From an uncultured Fidelibacterota bacterium (lineage in GTDB: Bacteria; Fidelibacterota; Marinisomatia; Marinisomatales; UBA1611), in assembly GCA_913040915.1 (NCBI GenBank), contig CAJWHW010000033.1, positions 1-18,494 on the forward strand: a stretch of 18,494 nt of DNA, given 5' to 3'. The notes under the pieces are model-generated. The model searched no databases. It had not been told where the DNA came from and saw only the letters and a program-made list of their open reading frames with translations. The first letter of the stretch is position 1; the number at the start of each line of letters is the position of its first letter. Shown piece after piece: positions 17,964 to 18,494 of this stretch. A program made the translations under genes and the position numbers.

Positions 17964-17987
17964 CATAGTTAATTAACATAGTTAATT
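17964..17987. repeat. 11-bp direct repeat with a central palindrome in the divergent intergenic region
   Basis: CATAGTTAATT at 17964-17974 and 17977-17987. GTTAATTAAC (17968-17977) is a perfect palindrome. Confidence 0.5.
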
Positions 17988-18068
17988 CTTTTTATCATTT
18001 AATAGAAATTATTCAATACTATGGTAAATTCATTATCTTCTACTTCATAATTACACCATGTTTCATCC

Positions 18069-18494
18069 ATGATTGAATTTCAAAATGTAACCTTTGCACA
18101 TCAGAAAGGACCAGGAGTTAATAATATTAACCTAAAAATAGATGATGGTGAATTCACTTTTTTGATTGGTCCGACTGGTTCAGGGAAAACTACTTTGATG
18201 AAATTAATATACTTTGACCTTCTACCTGATGCTGGACGTGTTATTGTAAATGGATTTTCATCAAAGAGGATGGGAAAAAGAAATATTCCTAAAGCCCGAC
18301 ACTCCATAGGAATGGTATTTCAGGATTATAAGCTCTTAGGAGACAGGAATCTATTTGATAATATTGCACTGCCACTGCATGTGTTGGGATATCCAGGGAG
18401 GGAAATACCAGGCAGGGTTGATGAAGCAATCGAATTAGTAGGTTTAGAAGGTAAAGAGTCCCATCATCCTGATGAACTTTCAGGCGGGGAACAA
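18069..18494 (+). CDS. ftsE: Cell division ATP-binding protein FtsE (5' partial, runs off the window)
   Basis: My translation from ATG 18069: MIEFQNVTFAHQKGPGVNNINLKIDDGEFTFLIGPTGSGKTTLMKLIY...IPKARHSIGMVFQDYKLLGDRNLFDNIALPL...HHPDELSGGEQ. It has Walker A, the Q-loop VFQDYKLL and the signature LSGGEQ, with no stop in the window. Confidence 0.88.
   Translation, partial: MIEFQNVTFAHQKGPGVNNINLKIDDGEFTFLIGPTGSGKTTLMKLIYFDLLPDAGRVIVNGFSSKRMGKRNIPKARHSIGMVFQDYKLLGDRNLFDNIALPLHVLGYPGREIPGRVDEAIELVGLEGKESHHPDELSGGEQ

Noticed and set aside
18021..18050. Nine-codon ORF (MVNSLSSTS) upstream of and in frame with ftsE
   Set aside because: It has no SD or leader-peptide features, and an ORF this short is expected by chance.
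18101..18307. 68-aa minus-strand ORF
   Set aside because: It is the antisense shadow of ftsE; its 'VVFPEPVGP' is the reverse-strand reading of the Walker A codons.

Overview
AT-rich bacterial chromosomal window, almost entirely coding, with no mobile elements, RNA genes or CRISPR arrays recognised. The SHMT insert and the PorV/T9SS-CTD genes point to the FCB superphylum; a Marinimicrobia/Calditrichota-like lineage is my inference. There are two dense + strand gene runs. (A) 1-7479: FadL-like outer-membrane barrel, TPR lipoprotein, glyA and a complete TPAT-type TRAP transporter (TatT, TatP/DctP, fused DctQM). (B) 7636-16950: PorV-family barrel, an M6 (immune inhibitor A-like) protease homologue with FG-GAP repeats and a T9SS-like C-terminal domain, a gluzincin/beta-propeller/Omp85-barrel fusion, a DUF5683-like protein, bamD and nadD. 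These are followed by a convergent Ca2+/Na+ antiporter (- strand) and the 5' part of ftsE, which the ORF track missed. Run B is the most interesting part. The M6 homologue has lost its whole zinc-binding motif (HExxH reads LMLGF) and looks like a secreted pseudoprotease. It is translationally coupled to an Omp85-type barrel carrying an intact HExxH peptidase, and the PorV has two duplicated Asp/Gly-rich calcium-type loop insertions. Together these may form an undescribed outer-membrane secretion, processing or assembly module. All family assignments come from motif recognition by eye, with no database searches.
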